The notes: a model not told the origin generated them from the sequence alone. 64,000 bases of DNA from Candidatus Diapherotrites archaeon ADurb.Bin253 (GCA_002069705.1 MWBV01000003.1:927-64926); one strand, 5' to 3'. Positions 8,961-18,712 are shown, counted from the stretch's first letter. Translations and numbers: made by a program.

Positions 8961-9767
8961 ATGAAGATTTTAGCTGTGGGAGACCCACATGGGGAGATAA
9001 ACAAAATTAAGAATATTTCTTTGAGAGAAATTGATTTGGTTTTAATAACAGGAGATATAGGTAAAGCTGATTTTGCTAGAAAAAGATTTTTTGAGGATAT
9101 TAAAAGGCAAAAAGAAGGACTACCAAAATTAGAATTAACTAAACCAGATGTTAAGAGAATTTATTCGGAGATTTATGATTCTACTATGGGTATTTTAAAA
9201 TATATTTCAAAAACAGTTCCAACTTATTCTATTTTGGGAAATGTTGGAGTAGATATGATAAAAGGTTCAGAGGTTAAAAAAGATGAAACTAAATTTAAAG
9301 TTAAATTACCTTATCTTAGGGAAGGTGTTAGTAATCTTAATAATTTTTATTTAGTTAAAAATGCTGTTAGAAATATTTCTGGTTTAAGAATAGGTTTTTT
9401 AGAGTATTTTATAGATACAAGTTGGGTTAAAGAGTTTAAACCTTCTGATTATAATAAAAAATTAAAGAAAGCAAAAAAAGAAACAGTTAAGGCAAAGAGG
9501 ATTTTGAATAATTTTAAATCTTTAGATATTTTAGTCTGTCATCAGCCTCCTTATGGTTATTTAGATAAAGTTTCTCCAAAATATAATCCACCTAAAGATT
9601 GGATTGGGAAACATGCAGGAAGTAAAGTTATCTTAGATTATATTAAAAAATATCAACCTAAATATGTTTTTTGCGGGCATATCCATGAAGGTGAAGGTAA
9701 AGCCAAAATTGGCAAAACAGAAGTTTATAATTTGGGTGTTGCAGGACATAAGATAATTAATTTATAG
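8961..9767 (+). CDS. Calcineurin-like metallophosphoesterase
   Basis: Motifs ILAVGDPHGE, ITGDIG, GNVG, CHQPPYG and CGHIHEG. The gap after gatE is 4 nt. Confidence 0.7.
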   Translation: MKILAVGDPHGEINKIKNISLREIDLVLITGDIGKADFARKRFFEDIKRQKEGLPKLELTKPDVKRIYSEIYDSTMGILKYISKTVPTYSILGNVGVDMIKGSEVKKDETKFKVKLPYLREGVSNLNNFYLVKNAVRNISGLRIGFLEYFIDTSWVKEFKPSDYNKKLKKAKKETVKAKRILNNFKSLDILVCHQPPYGYLDKVSPKYNPPKDWIGKHAGSKVILDYIKKYQPKYVFCGHIHEGEGKAKIGKTEVYNLGVAGHKIINL

Positions 9768-9818
9768 ATTTTTTATACTAGATAAATTAAAAAACCCCTT
9801 TCTTCTTTTATTTTAATC

Positions 9819-11090
9819 ATGGAAACAAGTTATGTTAAAGAATTAAAAGTAGGAAAAGTAGTTTTGTTGAAAGGTTGGGTATATGAAGTAAGAGTTCTTG
9901 CTAAATTAGGTTTTGTTTTACTTAGAGATAAAACAGGTATTGTTCAATGTGTTGTTCAAGGCAAAGAATTAGAGAAATTATCAAATTTGAGTCTTGAGAG
10001 TGCAGTTGAAATTAAAGGAAAGACAAAATCTGCGAAAGTTAAAGCAGAATTTACAAGAAAAGATATTGAAATTGATGTTGAAAGTTTAGAAATTGTAAGT
10101 CCTGCAGAAAAGTTGCCTATTCATGTTAATGAGAAAACAACTACAACAGAATTCCAGAATAGGTTAGATTATAGATTTTTAGATATAAGAAAACCAAAGA
10201 TTCAGGCTATTTTTGAAATACAGACAGTTATAGCTAATTCATTCAGAGAGCATTTTTGCAATAAAGATTTTATTGAGATACAGCCTCCTTGTATTATAAG
10301 TGCAGCTTCAGAAGGAGGAACAGAATTATTTTCTGTGCAGTATTTTGAGCAGAAAGCATATTTAGCTCAATCTCCTCAATTGTATAAACAAATGTTGGCT
10401 TGTTCTTTAGGAAAAACATTTACAATAACTCCTGTTTGGAGAGCAGAGAAACATAATACTACCAGACATATAAATGAAATAAGACAGATGGATATTGAAT
10501 GTGCATTTACAAACCAGATGTCTATTATGAAAGAGCTTGAAGAAGTTGTGCAGTTTATAATTAAACAAGTTTTAGAAAAATGTAAGAACCAACTTGAGAT
10601 TCTTGGAATAAAACATTTGAAAGTTCCAAAAGGAGTTTATTTGAGTTATGAAGAAGCAATTAAGAAAGTTGGTGGAAAGGTTGGAGAGGATTTTACTCCA
10701 GAAGAAGAAAGAAAACTTTGCGAGATGTATCCTGGAGATATAGTTTTTACACACTCTTGGCCTACTTCAATTAAACCATTTTATATTATGACTAAAGATG
10801 AAAAGAAAGATGCTAAATTAAGTGAGGGCTTTGATGCTCTTTATGGAGGAATTGAAATTTCTTCTGGAGGTCAGAGAATACATATACCAGATTTACTGAT
10901 AGCAAGATTGAAAGCTAAAGGACTTAATCCAAATAATTTTAAGGATTATATTGATAGTTTTAGATTTGGAGCTCCTCCACATTCTGGATGGTCAATTGGA
11001 TTAGAGAGATTAACTCAGATTATATGTGGATTGGATAATGTTAAGGAAGCTACAATGTTTCCAAGAGATAGAACTAGATTAACTCCTTAA
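9819..11090 (+). CDS. aspS: Aspartyl-tRNA synthetase, archaeal type
   Basis: 423 aa. OB N-domain (LKGWVYEVRVL), QSPQLYKQML, FRAEKHNTTRHINE, GGIEISSGGQRIH, PPHSGWSIGLERL. Confidence 0.9.
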   Translation: METSYVKELKVGKVVLLKGWVYEVRVLAKLGFVLLRDKTGIVQCVVQGKELEKLSNLSLESAVEIKGKTKSAKVKAEFTRKDIEIDVESLEIVSPAEKLPIHVNEKTTTTEFQNRLDYRFLDIRKPKIQAIFEIQTVIANSFREHFCNKDFIEIQPPCIISAASEGGTELFSVQYFEQKAYLAQSPQLYKQMLACSLGKTFTITPVWRAEKHNTTRHINEIRQMDIECAFTNQMSIMKELEEVVQFIIKQVLEKCKNQLEILGIKHLKVPKGVYLSYEEAIKKVGGKVGEDFTPEEERKLCEMYPGDIVFTHSWPTSIKPFYIMTKDEKKDAKLSEGFDALYGGIEISSGGQRIHIPDLLIARLKAKGLNPNNFKDYIDSFRFGAPPHSGWSIGLERLTQIICGLDNVKEATMFPRDRTRLTP

Positions 11091-11096
11091 TTTTAT

Positions 11097-12248
11097 TTAT
11101 TCGTTATACTTTTCTTCAACTTCTTTTAAAAAGCTTTGAAATGTTCCTTGCTTAATTTTTTCTTTTGCAGTTTCTATAAGTTTTGTTAAATAGTAAATAT
11201 TGTGGTAAGTTGCAAGTTTTTTTCCTGTAAGTTCATCGTGTATTAATTGGTAACGGATGAAGGCTCTGCTATAGTTTTTACATACAAAACATTTGCAGTT
11301 TTTGTCTATTGGTTCAGGACTGAATTTACAATTTTCTCTTAAGATACGTAGTTTTCCTTCTGATGTGAAAAGAGTTCCTCTGCGGGCATTTTGTGTTGGC
11401 ATTCTTGAATCAAAAATATCAACTCCTAATTCTATTCCTTTTAATATCTCAATAGGGGTTCCAATACCCATTAAATAAACTGGTTTGTTTTCTGGAAGAA
11501 GAGATTTTACTTGTTTTACAATATTAAATTCTTCTTGAATTGTTTCACCTAAACCAAATCCTCCAATAGAATATCCATCAAAATCTAATTTTAGTAATTG
11601 TTTTGTTGAAGTTTCTCTAAGGTCTTCATATTTCCCTCCTTGAATTATTCCAAAGAGAAGTTGACGTTTGGGTTTTGGTAAGTTTTTTTGTAGTGTGTCG
11701 TGGTGGGCCTTACATCTTTTTGCCCATATTGTTGTTTTATTTACAGAGTCTTCAATTTGTGTTTTTGTAGTGTTATGGTACATAGGCATAGAATCTAAAC
11801 ACATTGCAACTTCACTTGATATTTTCAGTTGTAACTCCATGTTTTTTTCAGGAGTCATTAATATTTTTTCACCGTTTAGAGGATTTCTGAAGATAACTCC
11901 TTCTTTTGTTGATTTTAAATAAATGCTTGGAGAATACATCTGAAATCCTCCAGAATCTGTAAAATTTATTCCTTTGTAGTTCATGAATTTTCCAATTCCC
12001 TTGAATTTGTCTGTGATTATTATACCTTCTCTTAAAGAGAGTATTAGTGCATTAGATATAACTGCAGGAACTTTCATTTCTTGGAGTTCTTCTGAAGTGA
12101 GAGTTTTAACACTTCCACGAGTTGCAACAGGCATAAAAAAAGGAGTTTCAACTTTTCCTTTTTTTGTTTGAAGAATTCCTATTCTTGCAGAGGTTTTTTT
12201 GTCTTTGTGAATTATTGTGAATGTGTCTTTATTTACCATTAAATTCAT
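11097..12248 (-). CDS. tgt: tRNA-guanine transglycosylase (archaeosine/queuine TGT family; short form without a PUA domain)
   Basis: 383 aa. Motifs TPFFMPVATRGSVK, DSGGFQ, LFGIIQGG, GYSIGG, YLMGIGTP, and the zinc site CKCFVCKNYSRAFIRYQLIH. Confidence 0.85.
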   Translation of the reverse strand: MNLMVNKDTFTIIHKDKKTSARIGILQTKKGKVETPFFMPVATRGSVKTLTSEELQEMKVPAVISNALILSLREGIIITDKFKGIGKFMNYKGINFTDSGGFQMYSPSIYLKSTKEGVIFRNPLNGEKILMTPEKNMELQLKISSEVAMCLDSMPMYHNTTKTQIEDSVNKTTIWAKRCKAHHDTLQKNLPKPKRQLLFGIIQGGKYEDLRETSTKQLLKLDFDGYSIGGFGLGETIQEEFNIVKQVKSLLPENKPVYLMGIGTPIEILKGIELGVDIFDSRMPTQNARRGTLFTSEGKLRILRENCKFSPEPIDKNCKCFVCKNYSRAFIRYQLIHDELTGKKLATYHNIYYLTKLIETAKEKIKQGTFQSFLKEVEEKYNE

Positions 12249-12319
12249 TAAAAATTCTTGTATATAAAGATTAGTAATAGTAGATAAATTTATTAAACCA
12301 TTTTTTCTTAAGTTTAATT

Positions 12320-13672
12320 ATGAAAACACATACTCAAAAATTTATTTCAATTCAAGAGGCAATTGAAAAGGCGAGACACTCACAAGTTAGGTCTGGCTCG
12401 TCCAAAGACCAAGCCAAAGGAGAAGTAGCAGTGCGTGGATGGGTTTATAGAGAAAGAGGGAGCAATGCTATGAAATTTATTGTATTAAGAGATAGTTCAA
12501 ATATAATCCAGTGTGTTTTAGAAAGAAAAAATTTTGAAAAACAATGGGATGAAATTGATAAAATTAAGATTGAAAGTTCTTTAGAGATAATTGGAGAGAT
12601 AAAAGAAGATAAAAGAGCTCCTACTGGATTTGAGATTCAGGTTAAAAAAATAAATATAATTCAAATTGCAGAGGATTTCCCAATAAATAAAGATTTGAAT
12701 GAAGAATTGCTTGGAGATAGAAGACACTTATGGTTAAGAAGCAGAAAGATGACTGCTGTTTTGAAAATTAGAAGTACAGTATTTAATGCAATTCATGAAT
12801 ATTTTAGAAATAATGGATTTTATGAATATCAAAGTCCTATTTTTCAGGCAGTTCAGTGTGAAGGTGGAAGCATTTTGTTTAATGTGGATTATTTTGGAAA
12901 AAAAGGAGTTTTTTTAGCACAAACTTGGCAATTGTATGCTGAACCTGCTATTTTTTCTCTTGAAAAAATTTATACTTTAGCTCCTTCTTTTAGAGCTGAG
13001 GAAAGTAAAACTTCAAGACATTTAACTGAATATTGGCATGCTGAGATGGAAGTTGCATGGGCTACATTCAAAGACATACAAGACCATGGTGAAGGACTAA
13101 TAAAAAATATTGTTAAAAGAGTTTTAAATGAAAATAAACCAGAATTAGAAATTTTAGAAAGAGATATTAAAAAATTAGAACCGACTGTAAAAAAACCTTT
13201 TCCAAGAATAACTTATGATGATGCTTTGAAAATTTTGAAAGATAAATGTAAGGTTAAAATTCCTTGGGGAAAAGATTTGAGAACAATTGAAGAAGATGAA
13301 TTGAGTAAGTTGTATGATACTCCTATAATTGTTACAAATTATCCTAAGGAAGTTAAGGCATTTTATATGAAGGGAACAGAAGGAAATCCTAAAGTTGTTA
13401 ATGGATGTGATTTTATTGGGCCTGAAGGATATGGAGAATTAATTGGGGGAAGTGAGAGAGAAGCTGACCCTGATAAAATTAAGAAAAGATTGATTGAGAT
13501 GGGAGAAAAACCAGAACAATATTCATTTTATTTGGATACGAGAAAATACGGAAGTGTTCCTCACGGAGGATTTGGTATGGGTGTTGAGAGAGTTGTATCT
13601 TGGATATGTGGATTAGATACTATAAAGGATGCAATTGCATTTCCAAGAACAATGACGAGATTTACTCCTTAA
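12320..13672 (+). CDS. asnS: Asparaginyl-tRNA synthetase
   Basis: 450 aa. Motifs FRAEESKTSRHLTEYWHAEME, GYGELIGGSERE, YGSVPHGGFGMGVERVVSWICGLDTIKDAIAFPR. Confidence 0.85.
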   Translation: MKTHTQKFISIQEAIEKARHSQVRSGSSKDQAKGEVAVRGWVYRERGSNAMKFIVLRDSSNIIQCVLERKNFEKQWDEIDKIKIESSLEIIGEIKEDKRAPTGFEIQVKKINIIQIAEDFPINKDLNEELLGDRRHLWLRSRKMTAVLKIRSTVFNAIHEYFRNNGFYEYQSPIFQAVQCEGGSILFNVDYFGKKGVFLAQTWQLYAEPAIFSLEKIYTLAPSFRAEESKTSRHLTEYWHAEMEVAWATFKDIQDHGEGLIKNIVKRVLNENKPELEILERDIKKLEPTVKKPFPRITYDDALKILKDKCKVKIPWGKDLRTIEEDELSKLYDTPIIVTNYPKEVKAFYMKGTEGNPKVVNGCDFIGPEGYGELIGGSEREADPDKIKKRLIEMGEKPEQYSFYLDTRKYGSVPHGGFGMGVERVVSWICGLDTIKDAIAFPRTMTRFTP

Positions 13673-13700
13673 ATCTCTAATTAATTTTATAGAATTATAT

Positions 13701-14087
13701 TTAATCCCACTGAGAATACATTTCTTCTTTTGTGTTGTGTTTAAGTCTTAATTCTTTGAATAAATTAACTTCTTCTTCCTCTTGTTGTTTTTCTTTTGCT
13801 TTTGTTTTTTCTTTTTCTGTGTCTCTTGATTTTCTTGCTTGCTTTACTGGATTTTTTCCAAGAGAAAAGAAACATGAAGAACAAATTGCTCTTGTTGATT
13901 TTCCGTTTATGCCTGTGTTCATATCTGGGCCTTCAATCTCTGCAAAATAACACATTGCAGTTCCAAGATTTTTTTCACACATATAACATTTTTCTTTTTG
14001 ATATTTTACAATTTGTCTTTTTGGAGAAAGAATTGTTTCTGTCTTTTTTTCACGTCCTCTTAGCGCATCAACATAATAATTTCCCAT
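13701..14087 (-). CDS. Hypothetical basic protein with a CxxC...CxxC zinc-ribbon-like core
   Basis: 128 aa. CYMCEKN...AICSSCFF is followed by a Lys/Glu-rich tail. Confidence 0.4.
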   Translation of the reverse strand: MGNYYVDALRGREKKTETILSPKRQIVKYQKEKCYMCEKNLGTAMCYFAEIEGPDMNTGINGKSTRAICSSCFFSLGKNPVKQARKSRDTEKEKTKAKEKQQEEEEVNLFKELRLKHNTKEEMYSQWD

Positions 14088-14215
14088 TTTGATAATTTAT
14101 CCATAGAATATGCTTTTTTAAGCTTTTCCACTTATTTTTATCTATTTTTGAGTGTATCAATAGATTTAAAAATATTGAAGAAAAGTAGATGATATTTAAA
14201 TTTGGAGGTATAACA

Positions 14216-14314
14216 ATGCCTAGATATGATGAAGAGGAAATGCCTGAAGATGAAGACGATGAAGAATTTGATGACGAAGATTCTGATGGCGAATACTTCG
14301 ATGATGATATGTAA
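14216..14314 (+). CDS. Hyper-acidic 32-aa micro-ORF (MPRYDEEEMPEDEDDEEFDDEDSDGEYFDDDM)
   Basis: It is below the ORF-track size cutoff. The ATG is preceded by GGAGG (14204-14208) at 7-nt spacing, and a TATA-like AGATTTAAAAATA sits at about 14162-14175. The annotated 87-aa poly-Ser ORF on the minus strand is its antisense shadow. Confidence 0.35.
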   Translation: MPRYDEEEMPEDEDDEEFDDEDSDGEYFDDDM

Positions 14315-14399
14315 GTTCTAATAGTTTTCATGGGGCTTCTGTACCTTTATATTTAAATTAGATAGAAGTTCCCTCATTTTCTTAATTTTTACAATAATC

Positions 14400-14407
14400 T
14401 TTAAAAA
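14400..14407 (+). promoter_or_regulatory. TATA-like box for the MBL-fold hydrolase gene
   Basis: TTTAAAAA starts 30 nt upstream of the ATG at 14430. Confidence 0.45.
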
Positions 14408-14429
14408 ACATGTTTCTTTGTTTACTTTA

Positions 14430-15095
14430 ATGAAGGTAGGAGATGTTGAATTAAAGTGGTTGGGTCATTCTGGATTTTTTATAAAAAATTCAAGAATAAT
14501 CTATATAGACCCGTATAATATAAAAGAAGGTTTGGAAAAAGCAGATATAATCTTAATTACTCATAGTCATTATGATCATTGTAGTGTAGCTGACCTTAAG
14601 AAGATAGTTCAAGATGGAACGAGAATAATCTTGACAGCAGATTCTCAGAGTAAAATAACTAGATTTGATGTTCCTGTTAAAATTGATATTGTTGAACCTG
14701 GAAAAGAATTAGAGATTGGGGAGATTAAGATTTCAGCTTTCCCAGCTTATAATTTAGATAAACATTTTCATTTAAAGGACGAAGGATGGGTGGGTTATTT
14801 GCTTAAACTTAATAATTTGATTATTTATCATGCAGGAGATACTGATTTAATTCCTGAGATGCAAAAACTCACTGGATATAAACAACCTGGAAAAGAATTT
14901 GTTGCACTTCTTCCTATTGGGGGAAGATTTACAATGAATGTTGAAGAAGCTGTTGAAGCAGCTAAACTTATAAAACCTTCAATTGCAATCCCAATGCATT
15001 TTGGTTCTATAGTAGGAGTTAATGAAGATGCTAATGAATTTAAAGACCTTTGTGAAGAAAATAATATAAAGTGTGAAATATTGGAGAAAGAATGA
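14430..15095 (+). CDS. Metallo-beta-lactamase-fold hydrolase (UPF0173-like)
   Basis: The first ATG gives MKVGDVELKWLGHSGF. Motifs: HSHYDH, a later HAGDTD, and PMHFG. Confidence 0.75.
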   Translation: MKVGDVELKWLGHSGFFIKNSRIIYIDPYNIKEGLEKADIILITHSHYDHCSVADLKKIVQDGTRIILTADSQSKITRFDVPVKIDIVEPGKELEIGEIKISAFPAYNLDKHFHLKDEGWVGYLLKLNNLIIYHAGDTDLIPEMQKLTGYKQPGKEFVALLPIGGRFTMNVEEAVEAAKLIKPSIAIPMHFGSIVGVNEDANEFKDLCEENNIKCEILEKE

Positions 15096-15150
15096 ATAGA
15101 TTCAAGAAAATATTTATTTCTTAGATTTAATCTAAATAAATCATCAAATA

Positions 15151-15157
15151 TTTAAAT
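15151..15157 (+). promoter_or_regulatory. TATA-like box for the duplicated-domain HExxH gene
   Basis: TTTAAAT (within ATATTTAAAT) starts 27 nt upstream of the ATG at 15178. Confidence 0.4.
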
Positions 15158-15177
15158 TAATCTTTCATAGTCATTTA

Positions 15178-15900
15178 ATGAAAGAGAGTGTGATTAAGAA
15201 GGTTTATATTAAAAAATTAACAAAAATCTCTGGTTTTAAAGTATGGATTGTTAATGGAAAATATATAAGGGGCAACATTGACAGAGAATTTACTAATTAT
15301 GGTCAATATTATAGGTTTAGGTTTATACCTAAGGACGAGTTTTGGATAGATAAGGAAAATAATCCTGGAGAGGCAAGGTATTTTATTGATACTATGTTTA
15401 TTATGAACAGACTTCTTTCTAAAGGTATGGATTATAAATCTGCTCGTAAAATTGCAAATAGAATTGAAAAAAGAGAGAGAAGTAAATCTAAACTAATTCA
15501 AAAACATATTGGTATAAAAAAGAATAAAGGAGATATTTTTAAAAGTGTATATAAAGAATTAATAAAAGAATATAGTAAGGGGAAGATTAAAGTTTGGATT
15601 GTTAATGGAGAATTGGTGAGAGGATTGTTTTTTTTGGATTTTACTGAAGGAGGACACGATAAAGTTTATAGTTTTATACCGAGTAATGAGATATGGCTAG
15701 ATGATGACTTAGACCCTTCTGAAATAAAATTTGTTTTATTGCATGAGGTTCATGAAAGGAATTTGATGAGTAAAGGAATAGGTTATGAGAAGGCCCATAA
15801 ATCTTCTAGTGAAATAGAATATTATTGTAGAAAACATCCAGAAAAACTTGATAAATACTTAATGAAAGAATTTAAGAAAGCTAAGAAGATTAAGGAATAA
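15178..15900 (+). CDS. Hypothetical protein built from two tandem homologous ~85-aa domains; the second carries HExxH
   Basis: Repeat 1 is KVWIVNGKYIRGNIDREFTNYGQYYRFRFIPKDEFWIDKENNPGEARYFIDTMFIMNRLLSKGMDY. Repeat 2 is KVWIVNGELVRGLFFLDFTEGGHDKVYSFIPSNEIWLDDDLDPSEIKFVLLHEVHERNLMSKGIGY. The HEVHE motif is present only in repeat 2. Confidence 0.6.
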   Translation: MKESVIKKVYIKKLTKISGFKVWIVNGKYIRGNIDREFTNYGQYYRFRFIPKDEFWIDKENNPGEARYFIDTMFIMNRLLSKGMDYKSARKIANRIEKRERSKSKLIQKHIGIKKNKGDIFKSVYKELIKEYSKGKIKVWIVNGELVRGLFFLDFTEGGHDKVYSFIPSNEIWLDDDLDPSEIKFVLLHEVHERNLMSKGIGYEKAHKSSSEIEYYCRKHPEKLDKYLMKEFKKAKKIKE

Positions 15901-15901
15901 T

Positions 15902-16468
15902 ATGCCAAGAGATAGATTTGTTCAAAGAAAAAATGCAGTGCTTTCAAAAATAGATAGGTCTTCTGCAGGAGAATGGGACGATAAGATTAAAAAGTTATGT
16001 GAAAAGATAAATAAAACTTCTGATTTCTATACTACTAGTAGTTGTTCTGGAAGAGTTATTTTAATGATATCTAAAGATAAAAAAGGAAAAGATTTGTTTT
16101 TGAAAATATGGCACGAGAAAGTGTATTTTGATGATTTTAAAGAAATTTTGAATTCGTTGTTAAATAAAAATGATATTATTAAGTTTAAGTTAGAGCCCCC
16201 TATCTTACATATTGCTTGTAGGGATTTAAAAAAAGCAACATATATTTTGGAGAAAGCAAAATTTCTTGGTTTTAAAAGAAGTAGTATTCTTACTTTTGAC
16301 AGAAATATAGTTGTTGAGATAAATAGCAGTGAGAGATTTGAGTTTCCTATAATTAAAAATAATAAAATACTTGTAGACGATGAATTTTTGAAACTTGTTC
16401 TTAGTATGTCTAATTATAAGATGGAAAGAGGATGGGAGAAAATTAAAAGATTAGAAAAAGCAATTTAA
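15902..16468 (+). CDS. taw3: tRNA wybutosine/wyosine-synthesizing protein 3 (Taw3/TYW3-like)
   Basis: 188 aa. FYTTSSCSGRVIL matches the TYW3 SCSGR signature. It starts 1 nt after the stop of the previous gene. Confidence 0.65.
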   Translation: MPRDRFVQRKNAVLSKIDRSSAGEWDDKIKKLCEKINKTSDFYTTSSCSGRVILMISKDKKGKDLFLKIWHEKVYFDDFKEILNSLLNKNDIIKFKLEPPILHIACRDLKKATYILEKAKFLGFKRSSILTFDRNIVVEINSSERFEFPIIKNNKILVDDEFLKLVLSMSNYKMERGWEKIKRLEKAI

Positions 16469-16641
16469 TTTATATTTTATTTAAGAATTTGTTTTATTGA
16501 AAATATATTGTATTTTTCTCATTTTATAGTAATGTTATCTATTTTTTATTTCCATAATTCTTATAAATAGAGGTTGCTACTTTTTTATATGAAAATCTGC
16601 TTAGTGGGTTTATATAGAGTTGAAAGGAGGATAAAAAAGAG

Positions 16642-17724
16642 ATGGTTTTAGATTTTGCAAAAGAAGCAATAGCAAATACTGCTACACACAGCATTAACTT
16701 TGATGAATTAAAAGCTGGAAAAGCTAACATAAAAGTTATTGGTTGTGGGGGTATGGGTAGTAACGCTGTAACTTGGCTTTTTAATAAAGGTATAAATGGT
16801 GCTACAATCTATGCTTGTAATACAGATGCTCTTCATCTAAGTGTAACTAAGGCTGACGAGAAAATCCTTATTGGTAAGGAATTGACAAGAGGTCTTGGTG
16901 CAGGTGGAAAACCAAAAATAGGTAGAGAAGCTGCTAAAGAAGCTTTGTCTGAACTTAAGAGGGCAGTAGGAAGTGCAGATATGGTTTTTGTATTGGCTGG
17001 TATGGGTGGTGGAACAGGAACTGGTTCTGCTCCAGTTGTATCCCAAATAGCTAAGGAATCAGGTGCAGTTGTTATCGGTGTTATAACAATGCCATTTGAA
17101 TCTGAAAAAGCTAGAATTGATAAGGCAGAATTTGGATTGCAAGAATTAAGAGAAGTTACTGATACTTGTATTGTATTAGATAATAACAGACTCGTTGATA
17201 TCGCAGGTCAATTACCAATTGAGCAAGCATTTGCAGTTGCAAATGAGCTTGTATCTACTATGATTAAGGGTATTGTTGAAACAATTACATTACCTTCATT
17301 AATTAATCTTGATTATGCTGATGTTTCAGCAATAATGAAGAATGGTGGAGTATCAGTTATTGGTATCGGTGAAAGCGATTCTCAGGACAAAGTTAATGAA
17401 GCAGTTAGGCAAGCCCTTACTCATCCTCTACTTGATGTGGATTACAGAGGTGCTAGCGGAGCATTGATTCATATAACTTGTGGACCTGATTTGAAATTAG
17501 AAGAGTTTGATCTTATTGGTAGAACAGTTTCAGAAAACTTAGGTACAGAAGCTCAGGTTATTATTGGTGCAAGAATTAGTAAAGATTTCTCTGGAAGAGT
17601 TAGAGTTATCACAATAATGACCGGAGTCAAGTCTCCATATGTCCTTGGAAAGGATATTGAAGAACACTATTCTTCGTCTCCTTCGAGGGAAATTAGTGAC
17701 TTGGGTATAGAGGTTTGGAGATAA
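16642..17724 (+). CDS. ftsZ: Cell division GTPase FtsZ
   Basis: Motifs GCGGMGSNAV, GLGAGG, GMGGGTGTGSAPVV. AAGGAGG lies about 12 nt upstream of the ATG. Confidence 0.95.
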   Translation: MVLDFAKEAIANTATHSINFDELKAGKANIKVIGCGGMGSNAVTWLFNKGINGATIYACNTDALHLSVTKADEKILIGKELTRGLGAGGKPKIGREAAKEALSELKRAVGSADMVFVLAGMGGGTGTGSAPVVSQIAKESGAVVIGVITMPFESEKARIDKAEFGLQELREVTDTCIVLDNNRLVDIAGQLPIEQAFAVANELVSTMIKGIVETITLPSLINLDYADVSAIMKNGGVSVIGIGESDSQDKVNEAVRQALTHPLLDVDYRGASGALIHITCGPDLKLEEFDLIGRTVSENLGTEAQVIIGARISKDFSGRVRVITIMTGVKSPYVLGKDIEEHYSSSPSREISDLGIEVWR

Positions 17725-17760
17725 ACTTTGATTAATTTTTAATTTATTTTTTTATTTTCT

Positions 17761-17779
17761 TGAGGGGATTTTCCCCTCA
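17761..17779 (+). terminator. Perfect 7-bp hairpin flanked by T-runs, downstream of ftsZ
   Basis: TGAGGGG-ATTTT-CCCCTCA is preceded by TTTTTTTATTTT and followed by TGTTTTTT. Archaeal termination mainly needs oligo-T, so the hairpin's role is uncertain. Confidence 0.35.
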
Positions 17780-17846
17780 TAATGTTTTTTAATAGTTTTA
17801 TTGTATTTTTAAGAAGAATAGTTGTTATAAACTAATTTTTCTATTA

Positions 17847-18152
17847 ATGTTTATGGGAAAGAACCTTATTGAAAATTTGTCTAAGATTCTTGAACTTGAT
17901 TCTTGTAAGGCAAGCATATGTGCAATAAAAGGAATAACTGTTATTAATGATAATAATTTTGTTTTAGAAAAAAGGGGTTTAATTAGAGATTATCGAAAGA
18001 CAACTGGAGATTATAGAACTGGATGGTTTAAAAGTTTATTTACAGGAAAATTAGAATTAACTGGGAAGCAGATAGAAAATTATCAGTATGAATATTCAAA
18101 AGATATAAGAAATTATAATTTTAGAAATGTTTTTAGGGAGGATGTAGATTAA
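17847..18152 (+). CDS. Hypothetical protein (101 aa)
   Basis: ORF only; no recognisable motif. Confidence 0.35.
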   Translation: MFMGKNLIENLSKILELDSCKASICAIKGITVINDNNFVLEKRGLIRDYRKTTGDYRTGWFKSLFTGKLELTGKQIENYQYEYSKDIRNYNFRNVFREDVD

Positions 18153-18157
18153 GTAGA

Positions 18158-18712
18158 TTAAGCGCTTAACTTAGATTCTTCTTCCATTCTTTTGTTACCA
18201 TATCTGTTAAAGTATAAAATGCTGTCTAATTCAATATATCTCTTTTCTTTTGGTTTTTCATATGGATAACCTATTGGGAACATTGCTTCAACATCTATTT
18301 CATCTGGAATATCCAATATATCTTTAACTTGTTCATCTACAAAATGTCCTACCCAACATGTTGCTAATTTGCATTCTGTTAATTTTAAAAGTAAGTTTTG
18401 TATTGCTGCACCTGCTTGCTGTTTAAGATACTTGCTTCCTCTTTCACCATAAGCTGTTTCAGTTCTTCCAGGAGTTGTACAAACAACTATAACATATTTT
18501 GCTTTAGTGATGAAATTTTGTTGTGCTGCTTCTGCGAGTTTTTGTATTTTTTCTCCATCTTCAACTAAAATAAATTTCAAAGAAAAATTGTTTCCTGCCA
18601 TTGGAGCATATCTTGTGCTATCAATACATTCAATTATCTCTCTCCAGTCAGGTTTAGAAGATTTGAATTTCCTTATACTTCTTCTTGCCTTGATTAATCT
18701 TTCAACACCCAT
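18158..18712 (-). CDS. Nitroreductase-family flavoprotein
   Basis: 184 aa. It has the RRSIRKF start motif and typical nitroreductase length and layout. Confidence 0.7.
   Translation of the reverse strand: MGVERLIKARRSIRKFKSSKPDWREIIECIDSTRYAPMAGNNFSLKFILVEDGEKIQKLAEAAQQNFITKAKYVIVVCTTPGRTETAYGERGSKYLKQQAGAAIQNLLLKLTECKLATCWVGHFVDEQVKDILDIPDEIDVEAMFPIGYPYEKPKEKRYIELDSILYFNRYGNKRMEEESKLSA

Noticed and set aside
14068-14331. 87-aa minus-strand ORF with a long poly-Ser run
   Set aside because: It is the antisense shadow of the GAT/GAA-rich acidic micro-ORF on the plus strand. It has no promoter or SD, and its composition is implausible.
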